A stretch of 64,000 bases of DNA from a virus, in IMG/VR virus record IMGVR_UViG_2511231141_000002; one strand, 5' to 3'. How positions within the stretch are numbered: position 1 is the first letter of the stretch; each line of letters begins with the position of its first letter. The position numbers and the translations under genes are program-made. The notes beneath the pieces were generated by a model, which did not search any database, was not told the DNA's origin, and was given only the letters and a program-made list of their open reading frames with translations. Shown one piece after another: positions 30,236-39,746 of the stretch.

Positions 30236-31689
30236 CAGTCACAACGATGCCAATAATCTGTGAACGAAGAACTAGTAGTGAGACTGCTGGATGCGGACAT
30301 CACATTCCCGCTGCCGTCATACATATAGATTTGATTATTGGCCAATGCACCGATTGGATTCCAATATCCGTATATGCTGTATGTCTGCGCATTTGTCCAC
30401 GGGTTCTGTTGGTAATTCGCCAGCGCGGAAAGTGAACCATTCACCTTCGGTCGCTCATCGATCCACTCGGCCGTCGTTCCATCGTAGTAATTGGAGTTCA
30501 GATTGACCAAAACCGACTGGGACGTGCCAGTGGTATTGTCAGCCACATAAAAATCCGTTTGACCAGTGGAAGATTCATACGAGACGTACACGTAGATGTT
30601 ATCTCCAGGGTTTACTGTGACGTTTGGCAACAAGATTTCATTCACACCTGATCCGTCTTTTCCGAGGTATTCGTACCATGCGTAAGGCGAATTATAGTTC
30701 AATTCGGTTCCTGCCTGTATTAATCCTCCCGAATTTATTCCCCCTAGACCGGCCCACGCTGATTCATAGGCTGGCGAACATGTGGTGGGGCCCATTGTGG
30801 GTTGGGTATAGCTCCCCTGAACAGCTACCCATTCATTGTAACTAGAATAGTTGTAGTAACCAGACCAGTTACTTGCTGCGAATACACCTTCAGAAATATT
30901 CTCGGCAGTCCCTGTATACGGAATGAGACGATGTGAAATATTTGTCATTACCACCTTGGGCGGAAGCATCCGTTTCCAATGACTCATTTCCTGCTCCCAC
31001 TGTTGAAGGTTCTGGGGATCAGAAGGCCGTGGCGGGAACCCATATTCTCGAAGTTGTGCATCCGTTGCCGTCAGCGGATTAAATCCTTTGGGTGGTACCG
31101 GGAATACATTCTTGACACCATTGATGTAATATATGTACTCCTGACCTCCGTCAGGAAGTGTCTGTACCGAGGAAGCAGTCAATGCCTGGGTTGAAATCGT
31201 AGAGACCTTCGAATGCGTTGCCGCTGAAGCTACGGTTGGTTCCGCGTCAGAAGTGTTCTCGGTAATCCCTTTATACGGAACGAGACGATGTGAAATATTA
31301 TACGGAATGAGACGATGCGAAATATTTGTCATTACCACCTTGGGCGGAAGCATCCGTTTCCAATGACTCATTTCCTGCTCCCACTGTTGAAGGTTCTGGG
31401 GATCAGAAGGCCGTGGCGGGAACCCATATTCTCGAAGTTGTGCATCCGTTGCCGTCAGCGGATTAAATCCTTTGGGTGGTACCGGGAATACATTCTTGAC
31501 ACCATTGATGTAATATATGTACTCCTGACCTCCGTCAGGAAGTGTCTGTACCGAGGAAGCAGTCAATGCCTGGGTTGAAATCGTAGAGACCTTCGAATGC
31601 GTTGCCGCTGAAGCTACGGTTGGTTCCGCCATCGGAATTGCTGCGAAGATCGCCAAAAAACCGCAAAGAGAAATTTTACGCACATCCAT
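30235..31689 (-). CDS. Secreted glutamic peptidase family G1 (PepG1-like) with a duplicated prodomain
   Basis: SNWSGY, SAWAGLGG, LIQAGTE, AWYEY, TAEWIDERP motifs; signal peptide. Confidence 0.9.
   Translation of the reverse strand: MDVRKISLCGFLAIFAAIPMAEPTVASAATHSKVSTISTQALTASSVQTLPDGGQEYIYYINGVKNVFPVPPKGFNPLTATDAQLREYGFPPRPSDPQNLQQWEQEMSHWKRMLPPKVVMTNISHRLIPYNISHRLVPYKGITENTSDAEPTVASAATHSKVSTISTQALTASSVQTLPDGGQEYIYYINGVKNVFPVPPKGFNPLTATDAQLREYGFPPRPSDPQNLQQWEQEMSHWKRMLPPKVVMTNISHRLIPYTGTAENISEGVFAASNWSGYYNYSSYNEWVAVQGSYTQPTMGPTTCSPAYESAWAGLGGINSGGLIQAGTELNYNSPYAWYEYLGKDGSGVNEILLPNVTVNPGDNIYVYVSYESSTGQTDFYVADNTTGTSQSVLVNLNSNYYDGTTAEWIDERPKVNGSLSALANYQQNPWTNAQTYSIYGYWNPIGALANNQIYMYDGSGNVMSASSSLTTSSSFTDYWHRCD
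30915..31629. repeat. 331-bp near-identical direct repeat, 384-bp offset
   Basis: 30915-31245 vs 31299-31629; plus a 27-bp mini-duplication at 31272-31298. Confidence 0.92.
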
Positions 31690-32083
31690 CTGTCTCACCC
31701 TCCTTTTTCATGATCAGACATGTATAATAGAGGTTTTTGCAGAATGACTCCTGCGCGTGGCCTACACACAATGTATAGCGTCTAATTATCATGGAGCCCG
31801 CTACGTATAGTCAGTTAAACGCTTAGAAATTGAATTCTTCAAAACCATCAATCGATATTTTTGCGCCGATTCCTGTTCTAACACTGGTGATACTGGAATG
31901 TTATCACTGACTCTTTGTCAAGATCAAGTCCGAGATTGTGTGGCCGTGTCAAGTCGTCGTAGGGGGCCCACTAGGTAGTTTCATTCGACCATTGTAAACC
32001 ACATCATGGAATATCTCGCGCAAGACGTACTTTCTTTACCCAGGATCGGTCCAGTGGCCGGACACCGAACGTATGCAACGAAA

Positions 32084-32584
32084 TCACGGTAGACCTGAGC
32101 AGTTAGCAGACCACAACCCCAACTGCGCCCCCTCCACCCTCTTCAACTTAGCCCTCGCCCGCTTCAGATGGTTCTGCACCGCGCCGCGTGTGATCCCAAG
32201 CTCCCGCGCGATCGCCGAGTACGTCATACCGGACTCATATGCGAAGAGACACGCCGCTTCCCGCAGGCTCAGGATCGACAGCCACGCCACGGGCAGACGT
32301 TCTTCCTCTTCGCCACCCTCACTCGCGTCGTCCCAGTCCATCCACCGCCTTCGCCGCGCCGCCAGTCTGTCAAGGTCCGCCAGGTCTCCAACGAGGATTT
32401 CACGCCGAGGAGCGCGACACTCGCCCTCCATCACCGCCAGCGCATAGTCAAGTGTCTTCACCATGCTGTCATACAGAGTGGCATCCTGATCATTGGCCTC
32501 TCGCCGCGCTCGGTTCCGAGCTTGGCGGATCGCCTCGCGAGTGGACTCGTACTCCGCGATCAGGTCGTCCAGATCCCGACGCAT
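32084..32584 (-). CDS. Xpf-like positive control factor (sigma region 4; late-gene activator)
   Basis: DLIAEYE..R...YDSMVKTLDYAL...LSLREAACL...TYSAIAREL. Confidence 0.75.
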   Translation of the reverse strand: MRRDLDDLIAEYESTREAIRQARNRARREANDQDATLYDSMVKTLDYALAVMEGECRAPRREILVGDLADLDRLAARRRRWMDWDDASEGGEEEERLPVAWLSILSLREAACLFAYESGMTYSAIARELGITRGAVQNHLKRARAKLKRVEGAQLGLWSANCSGLP

Positions 32585-32591
32585 GGATGTC

Positions 32592-32634
32592 CCCTCCACA
32601 GGTTATCCACACAGAATCCACAGAGTTATCCACA
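32592..32634. promoter_or_regulatory. Cluster of DnaA boxes
   Basis: TTATCCACA at 32603 and 32626; degenerate copies at 32592 and 32614. Confidence 0.7.
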
Positions 32635-33506
32635 GGCGATGTATGCGTCGTCCTTCAGCCAACTGATCTCCTGTGCGAGCGCTGCGTACGCGAGGTCGAG
32701 TGCAATGCCGCTGCCGCTGATGTCGCGCAACGACTTCGGGTGCATTATCCCGTCTATCCAGAACACCGGTATTGCATAATGCGGCGCTGATTCGTCCACG
32801 AGATCGAACGAGAAGACAGGCTCCGTCCCCCAATCCTCGTCGTACAACGTGTCTCGGAAGACATCCCACGCCCGCTCGCGGAGCGTTTCCATGTGTTCGC
32901 CAGCGCGACGTAACGGGACCATAGCTGCAATGGTCTTGATACGTTCGCGCACCTCTTCCGCTAGCCCGGTCGCCAGCCACTTTTGGAACAAGCGGCTATA
33001 CATGTTCCAAGTGGTCTCATCGTCCATCAAAACATCCACACCGTCGCGTCGAGCGACGGGACAAGCGAGGCTCCCCAAAGACCGCTTGGACCGTCAATCA
33101 GCGTCACATCTGGGCAGATGGCAGCTTCCAGCCTTGACGCGAGGTCTGCGAAACGGTCCGCCCACGCCTCATTCGCATGCACCCGCATGAGCTTGGTCAG
33201 ATAATCCTGAGTTTTGTGTCCGTAGGCCGGGACGACATCGATTTTCCCCGGAAGCTTAGCCGTCCATGCCGGCGATGCAACCATGTCCATCTCTATCTCC
33301 GCTGGCTGATCGACCAACCAGTCCACAACCCCATAGCGCGGCAGCTTGTCCGGCTCCACAAACGCAGTCGTAGAACCAGGCGAGTCCAGATCGACATCGA
33401 TCACAAGCACACGGCGACCCCAATTGGCCAGCATGCGTGCGATCGCGTATGTCGTTGTGGTGCGACCCACCCCACCGCTTGCGGAGAACATCAGGATGCG
33501 CTTCAT
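32626..33506 (-). CDS. KGGVGR-variant MinD/ParA-like ATPase (one gene, apparent frameshift near 33030)
   Basis: SGGVGRTT, DVDLDSPG; C-half RERAWDVFRDTLYD...FSFDL..E.APH in the next frame. Confidence 0.7.
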
Positions 33507-33613
33507 GTTTTCCCTTCGTGATAGTATCTTTCTTGGATTATGAAAATAGTTGTCAAAACGTTATGTCCGAACCAACGATGTCAATGTCGTCATCGTTAGC
33601 CATTCGATTTCTC

Positions 33614-34813
33614 TCACGCCATCCATCCAAAATCCCATTTTACCATTGCATTTTGTGTTCTCCCACTGGTTACATCCAAAAAAGCACCTTGATTAGATGC
33701 AATTCGTAATGTCAGTTGGCCGTTACAGTTTGGGCACGGAAGTGTCACAAATTTGCGCCATTCAGGTGGAAACTGATTGAGAGCTAAGACAACGACGGTT
33801 ACTTTTCGGGCTCCCTTTTCCATGATTGTTTTGGCACATTCTAAAGCTGTAGATCCAGTAACGTAAACATCGTCTAGAAGCACAACATGCTTCCCTCTCA
33901 CTTCCTCAGTTGCACGAAATTTATCTTTTACGTTAGCTCTACGTGCTTCTTTGTCGAGACCTTTTTGTTTTGGATACTTCTGTGTACATACTAGCGCAGT
34001 ACTCAAATCGAGTTTGTCCAACCGCGAACATAGCAGTTCCACGATGGGCTTAAAGCGATCCTGCTCGTTTGGACGCGGAGGAACACGAGTGATTCCGTCT
34101 ATTACCTCAAATCTATTTTCTACATCATTAACCAAAACAGAGAACACTTCTGCAAATAATTCATTTTGACTCGTATCACGCTTGCTCTTCCAGATTCGGT
34201 GTGATAGTTGATGCACTGACCAGCGTTCATGCCTTGGGCCAAAGTAACGCCCTCCGCAAAATACCCGAAAGGTATAGCCATCGTATTCACGATTGAAAGA
34301 AAACAATAATCCCCCGTTGCCATACCAGTTCGAGCGATCAATTTTGGTTGTAAGGACCTCTGATAAGTATCCTTTCCATTCATTTCGTACAATTTTCAAC
34401 ACATCTGCTCCATCATGCGCGAGAAAGTCCGGCATGTATCCAAGCAAATCTGGCATATGTCCCCTTACGACAGAATCTAGATCACCAACGAAGATAGTTC
34501 CAATATGTTCTGACATCAGAGCTTGTATTTCATAAAGGTTCGAAGTAGCATATGCAGTTTCATACTTTTGTCCGTCAATCGCGTTTAGTGCGCTTGTGAT
34601 GAGCTTGTTGATGCCAAATAAGACATGCCTAGGTCCTTCAACAAACTCTGCCGACGGGTGTACACGTCCTTGTAATTCTCCAATTTGATTCCAATCCGAA
34701 TAAATGAACACGCATCGAACTTGACGAGATATCTCGGGCCAGCAAGGATCCTCGCTTAGGATATCGTTCAGTTTGATGATGAGGTTACGGAGACTGTTTA
34801 TATCGGTAAACAT
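33614..34813 (-). CDS. Degenerate HAD-like + ComF-type phosphoribosyltransferase + Zn ribbon (ShosT-like toxin)
   Basis: VVLLDDVYVTGST PRPP loop, CPNC; low GC. Confidence 0.78.
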   Translation of the reverse strand: MFTDINSLRNLIIKLNDILSEDPCWPEISRQVRCVFIYSDWNQIGELQGRVHPSAEFVEGPRHVLFGINKLITSALNAIDGQKYETAYATSNLYEIQALMSEHIGTIFVGDLDSVVRGHMPDLLGYMPDFLAHDGADVLKIVRNEWKGYLSEVLTTKIDRSNWYGNGGLLFSFNREYDGYTFRVFCGGRYFGPRHERWSVHQLSHRIWKSKRDTSQNELFAEVFSVLVNDVENRFEVIDGITRVPPRPNEQDRFKPIVELLCSRLDKLDLSTALVCTQKYPKQKGLDKEARRANVKDKFRATEEVRGKHVVLLDDVYVTGSTALECAKTIMEKGARKVTVVVLALNQFPPEWRKFVTLPCPNCNGQLTLRIASNQGAFLDVTSGRTQNAMVKWDFGWMA

Positions 34814-36000
34814 ACACGGAGCCCTCTTCTTTACGCGCCATGTTCAGTGCTTCATCACTTACGTTAATAACTTTCGAATTCCGCAGATATTCTATCAGCT
34901 CGTCGATTCTCCCAAATTTTATTGCCCCCTTTTCTTCAACATATTTTTGGGCCAACGAAGGTGCGGATTTTCGACGGCGCTTTGTGGTATAAAACAAATC
35001 TGTCTTGCTTCAAGGCATAGTCAGCTTGAATCAGTGCACCACTGGTTTCCCCAGCCTCTACAATAACCGTCGCTAGGCAGATACCGCTCATTACTGCATT
35101 TCTCGCAGGGAAATTCCATTTATGAACAGGAGACAACGGAGCAAATTGTGAAATAAGCAACCCGCGTTCCGCAATCTCGGCCTGCAATCTTTCGTGCTCT
35201 TTCGGATACGTTTTTGTAATCGGTGTACCTATAACTGCAATGGTCGGTATGTTATTTCTGAGCGCACCTTCATGTGCAGCACGGTCAATGCCTCTTGCTA
35301 AACCTGACACTACAACAATGCGATATTTACCAAGCAATGCAGCTAAAGCAGAGGCCTTTTTGATACCCTCTTGGGTAGGGTTTCGCGTACCAACAATAGC
35401 CACACAATGCAAATGTGGCAGTCGAATATTACCCCGCATAAAGAGAAACAACGGTGCCTCATGAGTTAAGGCAAGGTATGGTGGATATGTTTCTTGCCCA
35501 AGCCTACTTATGTGAGTATCATTCGGCAAAAGGGAAAAGCCCTTCTGAATCGACGCATACGTTTTTACAATTACAGAGCTGTCTATCTGCAGAATTTGGG
35601 ATACACCGTTCAGGTTCTTAACAATAGGTTCTGACATGTCAAAACAAGCACTGATCCTATCATACAACGACCGAGTTCGTTTCGGTGCCCATTTACATAA
35701 GGACTGGATTGTAAAATAATTTAGTGCATCCTGAACAATCTTGGGGTCATTCTCAAACCTCATGTATTCCCCCCCGGTTCCATTAGGCCTTCTGCCGGCA
35801 TTACGATTCACTTCGTTTTTCCGCTCCTCAACGTCCTTTCTTAAGAACAGGAAACTAGAACGACTTTGCTTCACTGGAATCAACTTCCCAGATTTAACTA
35901 ATTGATGAAGTCTCTGAGGACTAATACCGAGATATTGAACCACTTCATGTGTAAACATCACTTGATCAGCAATGAACTTACGAAGTTCATCCTCACGCAT
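34785..36000 (-). CDS. dprA: DprA/SMF-like protein with an N-terminal MerR-type HTH (ShosA-like)
   Basis: AIVGTRN, VSGLARGIDRAAH, FPARNAVMSG, VEAGETSGALI; 3' end has two 1-nt homopolymer losses. Confidence 0.88.
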
Positions 36001-36204
36001 TCCTCATCATTCATTCCCGTACGTATGTTGTGTGGTATTCATCGTACCACTGCACTTGATAATCATCAAGATCAAAGACTGTAGGCGCCGTGTCAATTCG
36101 TTCCCTTAAATTGTCGTTTAATAAGGAATATGCTCTTAAAAAATTCTTCAATATTATCTTCCGTATTCTGTAGAGCAGAAGTTGGGCGACTGCACTCATC
36201 CCGT

Positions 36205-36909
36205 TCACCCCAAACCCTGCTCCAGCGCCTTCTGCATGCTCCACCGCAAATCCGGTGAAAGGTCCTGTAAATTGCGCAACGCCCAGTCGAGATAGTCCAG
36301 CGGCACGTCTTTCAACGGCATGCCCTTGTGCTTTCCGAACGGCATCGTCTGCACCTCAATGGGCGACTCTGCAAACGCGATCAAGGCTTCCACATCATCC
36401 GGATACCCCGCCTCCAGATACGCTTGAAGCTCCCGTTGGAACACATGCGCCGTCACGATCGCGTCGCCGAGCGCCCGGTGCGGATTTCCCACTTCCACAT
36501 CGATCCCGAGCCAGTACCGCAACACCTGGTTTGAGTGCCGCGGTGCGTCGGGCCATAAGTGCTGCGCCAGACGCTTCGAGCAGATCCACGGTCGACCCGT
36601 CTCCGGCAGCATCCCACGATCGAACTCGGCGTTGTGCGCAACGAGGATCGCTCCCTCGATGTACCGCATCACCTTGGGCCAGATCTGCGACAAGCTCGGC
36701 TTTCCTACGACGTCGCGATCCGTCAGGTGATGCACCGCCGAAGCTTCGGGAGGGATCGGGCAACCGGGATCAACCAGTGCCGAGTACACGATCTGCGGCT
36801 CGCGGTCCAGTCCCACCTCGACCAGCGCAAGTTCGACGACGCGGCCTTCGGGTGGAAGGCCGGTCGTCTCAGTGTCGATTACGACAAAACGCGCTTCACT
36901 CAATCTCAC
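36205..36909 (-). CDS. DEDDh 3'-5' exonuclease (ExoX-like)
   Basis: VIDTETTG, VAHNAEFD, HRALGDA, MPFGKHKG. Confidence 0.92.
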   Translation of the reverse strand: MRLSEARFVVIDTETTGLPPEGRVVELALVEVGLDREPQIVYSALVDPGCPIPPEASAVHHLTDRDVVGKPSLSQIWPKVMRYIEGAILVAHNAEFDRGMLPETGRPWICSKRLAQHLWPDAPRHSNQVLRYWLGIDVEVGNPHRALGDAIVTAHVFQRELQAYLEAGYPDDVEALIAFAESPIEVQTMPFGKHKGMPLKDVPLDYLDWALRNLQDLSPDLRWSMQKALEQGLG

Positions 36910-37121
36910 TTGCTCGCCCTCTTTCGTTGACTTTTTCGTGTCGCAAGCTCTGCTCCCACTGGCGGTTTCTCTGTCGGTTTCGAGAACACCCGCGCGCCGT
37001 ACTTTTCCCGGAGATATCGATCCATCTCAACGGGATCCATACGATAGATCGATAACTCCGACGGACCTGTTGTTCGCTCCTTATGTCGATTTGGCACCGG
37101 CGTGCCGTGCTCATGCCTCAT
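36906..37121 (-). CDS. Hypothetical protein
   Basis: Coupled to both neighbouring genes. Confidence 0.55.
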   Translation of the reverse strand: MRHEHGTPVPNRHKERTTGPSELSIYRMDPVEMDRYLREKYGARVFSKPTEKPPVGAELATRKSQRKRASK

Positions 37122-37698
37122 CGCCATTTGCCGTTCTCTCCTCTCGTTTGCACATCGCCAACCGACGTGCCTCAATCGCGGCACACACCATTTGGCACAT
37201 CTCATCTTCCGTCAGATCACTGGTATCGATCAAAAACCCGCGCGCATGCTGCCACTGCTGTTCGGTCATGTCCTCATGCGTCCGTCCGTCGGGCAGCTCT
37301 CCGTCTCGCGCCAGTATCCGACGCCGCCGAACGAACTCTGAGGCGGTGAGGATGATGACGAGAAACCCGTGCTGGTCCGCCCACACCGCTTCTTCAACCG
37401 TTCGTCCATCGTCGATGACGATCGGACTCACAGTGTGCTTCAACACCTCCTCCGCAGCAAGAAGCAGCGGATTTGGTTTGAACTCACGAAGAAACCGCCC
37501 GACCTTTTGTAGATACGGCCGCCGCACCGCCTTACTTGCGTCCTTCAGCCACGGTGCCGCAATATCAAGCACGGCGTCGACGGGCGTCGCCAGCGAGTAC
37601 CGAACATAGCTCATCTCCCGTCTTAGATACTGCGCCACAGTACTCTTTCCCGCCCCCATAGGTCCCATCAGAAACACGTGTTGGAATCGCCGTTCCAT
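37111..37698 (-). CDS. P-loop nucleotide kinase (dNMP/dephospho-CoA kinase-like)
   Basis: GPMGAGKST, VIDDGR..EE motifs. Confidence 0.8.
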   Translation of the reverse strand: MERRFQHVFLMGPMGAGKSTVAQYLRREMSYVRYSLATPVDAVLDIAAPWLKDASKAVRRPYLQKVGRFLREFKPNPLLLAAEEVLKHTVSPIVIDDGRTVEEAVWADQHGFLVIILTASEFVRRRRILARDGELPDGRTHEDMTEQQWQHARGFLIDTSDLTEDEMCQMVCAAIEARRLAMCKREERTANGDEA

Positions 37699-37713
37699 AG
37701 CCTTTGCCCCTAA

Positions 37714-37727
37714 CGAACATATGTTCT
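37714..37727 (-). promoter_or_regulatory. LexA (SOS/Cheo) box
   Basis: CGAAC-ATAT-GTTCT next to TGGTATAGA (-10-like), upstream of the kinase. Confidence 0.8.
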
Positions 37728-37775
37728 ATACCAAGCATAACTCAACCAGGTTCGCCACGCACGCGGCAAAATCGG

Positions 37776-38168
37776 TTACATCGCGCTTAACTCTTTGTGC
37801 AGCAGGACTTCGACCTCCAGCCTCGGGTTGCTTCGGTCTACGAAAAAGTCCATTTCCTGAACCAGCACCCACCGGTCTTCTGGATACAAGACGCCCTCCA
37901 GAGCATCCAACAGCACCTTTTCTCGATTATGCGTATCCATCCGGCGATTTGACGGCCAGAAGTACCACAAGCGCAAGACCACTTTCGTGCCTGGTTGCGG
38001 CATCTGCCACCCTGTCGCCTGCCGCCAACGAAGCGCAAGATAGGCCGCGTCGCGCCGAAACTTCTGCGCTTTGGCGTTGAGGACCCGCATCCGCTGCCCT
38101 GTCTTCGGATGCACAAAACTTCGATAGGCATGATTGACAGATGGCGGAAGCGGGAGCACCAGACGCAT
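37776..38168 (-). CDS. rusA: RusA Holliday junction resolvase
   Basis: LPLPPSVNHAY, RRMDTHNREKVLLDALEG..Y.ED. Confidence 0.9.
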   Translation of the reverse strand: MRLVLPLPPSVNHAYRSFVHPKTGQRMRVLNAKAQKFRRDAAYLALRWRQATGWQMPQPGTKVVLRLWYFWPSNRRMDTHNREKVLLDALEGVLYPEDRWVLVQEMDFFVDRSNPRLEVEVLLHKELSAM

Positions 38169-38214
38169 GGAATGGCCTCCAATCATTTGGCATGGTTTAG
38201 CGGCGAAACTTGTG

Positions 38215-38565
38215 TTAGCATGCGGTTCGTGGGTTTCCACGCCCACTGCGTTGTGGCGCTGCGATCGCGTCGAGTAGCCGGGCCAGGTACGCTTGCTCGG
38301 CGCGGTACCGCTCATAGAGTTGGTTGGCGCGATCTGTATGGCGATTTTCAAACCAAATCGCCTTCGCGCGAGCAACGCGCTCATCGGCTTGTTGCAATTG
38401 GACTTCGAGTAACGCCAGTCGTTCGTTCATCCTTGTCGTCCCCCCAAACTCACTTCGACAATCCTCGCAAAGAGGACTCCACGGATAGCGGACAAAGTGC
38501 CCGCACAGTCGGCATCTCGGTCTTTCCATCTTGCGCGCCCTTCGTTTGGACATGCTTGAAATCAC
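38215..38565 (-). CDS. Hypothetical protein with a CxxC Zn ribbon (may be two genes)
   Basis: CRLC...CEDC; internal RBS before MNERL. Confidence 0.55.
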   Translation of the reverse strand: MISSMSKRRARKMERPRCRLCGHFVRYPWSPLCEDCRSEFGGTTRMNERLALLEVQLQQADERVARAKAIWFENRHTDRANQLYERYRAEQAYLARLLDAIAAPQRSGRGNPRTAC

Positions 38566-38750
38566 GCCTTTCGTTTGTGTCGAAACGCGCTCTCAGGACG
38601 AAGAATGTACTCCTGCACACGAACCTGACCGTTGACTTCCATCACCACTTCAAGTACCGTCGGCAACCCGCGTCGCCACTTGAGTGGTCGGGCTTCGACG
38701 ACGGTTGCTTGTCTCGACTCATTCCTAGGAGCGTTTTGCATCTTCATCAC
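38562..38750 (-). CDS. Hypothetical protein
   Basis: Lies in the gene-dense operon with overlapping stop/start. Confidence 0.55.
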   Translation of the reverse strand: MMKMQNAPRNESRQATVVEARPLKWRRGLPTVLEVVMEVNGQVRVQEYILRPESAFRHKRKA

Positions 38751-38756
38751 TCACCA

Positions 38757-38897
38757 TCAAAAATCATCCTCCCAAGCTTCCGGCGTCGCAGGCGGTTGTC
38801 GGCGATCAGGCGGATCAACGGGGATCCACACTCGCTCCTTGCGCCACGGCAACAACAATCGGCGCAAGCGTCTGCGCCATGACTGGCGTCGATTCAT
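38757..38897 (-). CDS. Small hypothetical protein
   Basis: GAGGAGG RBS before ATG 38897. Confidence 0.45.
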   Translation of the reverse strand: MNRRQSWRRRLRRLLLPWRKERVWIPVDPPDRRQPPATPEAWEDDF

Positions 38898-39222
38898 CGA
38901 CATCCTCCTCTCGGTCAAAATCCACGGGATACAAGCAGCCCACGACTCGAAACCCAATGCACGGCTCCTGTTCCACGCCGGGCGGCGGAGGCTTCCGCCG
39001 TCGATAACGTTCGCGCCGAGCGTAGAACTCGACGATCTCGCCTGGGCGAAGCGGCGGCTGATGCTGAGGCGAGCGCCGACCGAGTTGGAGCCACGCATGC
39101 TCCCGTAGCAGGTTGCCGTCCCGATCCCGCACATCGTAGACCAGCGCGACCAGGTTGCGCGCGGGCGTGTTCCGACTCCACAAAACAAACTCCGCCGTGT
39201 ACCGATCCAGTGCGGCCCTCAT
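38815..39222 (-). CDS. Hypothetical protein (OB-like beta fold)
   Basis: Start coupled to the DUF669 stop; EHAWLQL...GEIVEFYAR..RY. Confidence 0.6.
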   Translation of the reverse strand: MRAALDRYTAEFVLWSRNTPARNLVALVYDVRDRDGNLLREHAWLQLGRRSPQHQPPLRPGEIVEFYARRERYRRRKPPPPGVEQEPCIGFRVVGCLYPVDFDREEDVDESTPVMAQTLAPIVVAVAQGASVDPR

Positions 39223-39224
39223 GG

Positions 39225-39632
39225 TCAGCGCCCCTTTACCGGATCCAGATAGGCCACTTGCGTCTTCTGCCCCGTGGCCGGGATCGTCACCGTCTTCAGT
39301 TCCACCTTCACCAGGCGTCCGAGGCACTGTGGCAGAAGCTCCGGCAGCCGAGACAGATAATCGGTGTAGCCTATCGCCAGGAGATCCCGCTTGAGCCACG
39401 CCAACGTCTTCTCGTTGTTGTTGATGGGCCGGTGGTGGAAGATGCGCCGCCCCTTGTGAGAACCCTCATCAACCACAAACACCAGCGCGAGGTGCAAGCC
39501 GTCGTTGCCCTTGTTCTGCTTCACTTGCGCTTTCTCCAAGCGACAAACGTACGTGCCGTCTGGCAGCGGCTGATATCCACCCTTGGCAGGTTCGACGTCC
39601 TGATACTTCTTGTCCAGTTCGGTAAGATTCAT
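39225..39632 (-). CDS. DUF669-family phage ssDNA-binding protein
   Basis: YQPLPDGTY...EG.HKGRRIF motif. Confidence 0.8.
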   Translation of the reverse strand: MNLTELDKKYQDVEPAKGGYQPLPDGTYVCRLEKAQVKQNKGNDGLHLALVFVVDEGSHKGRRIFHHRPINNNEKTLAWLKRDLLAIGYTDYLSRLPELLPQCLGRLVKVELKTVTIPATGQKTQVAYLDPVKGR

Positions 39633-39746
39633 TTTTCATCCTCCGTTTCTTCAATGTTCCAGTTACTGGGCGTATGCGGCAGCGGCTCCCGCTCTACTTG
39701 GAGGGGGAGTGGCAGACAACAGATTCACTTCTGAAAATGCCCTCTT

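Noticed and set aside
36011-36244. 77-aa ORF between the exonuclease and dprA
   Set aside because: It straddles the GC boundary, has no recognisable motif, and is probably junction or promoter sequence.
16880-38882. Long antisense ORFs such as 16880-17788, 22720-23340, 29304-29801 and 37995-38882
   Set aside because: These are shadows of well-supported genes on the opposite strand in GC-rich DNA.
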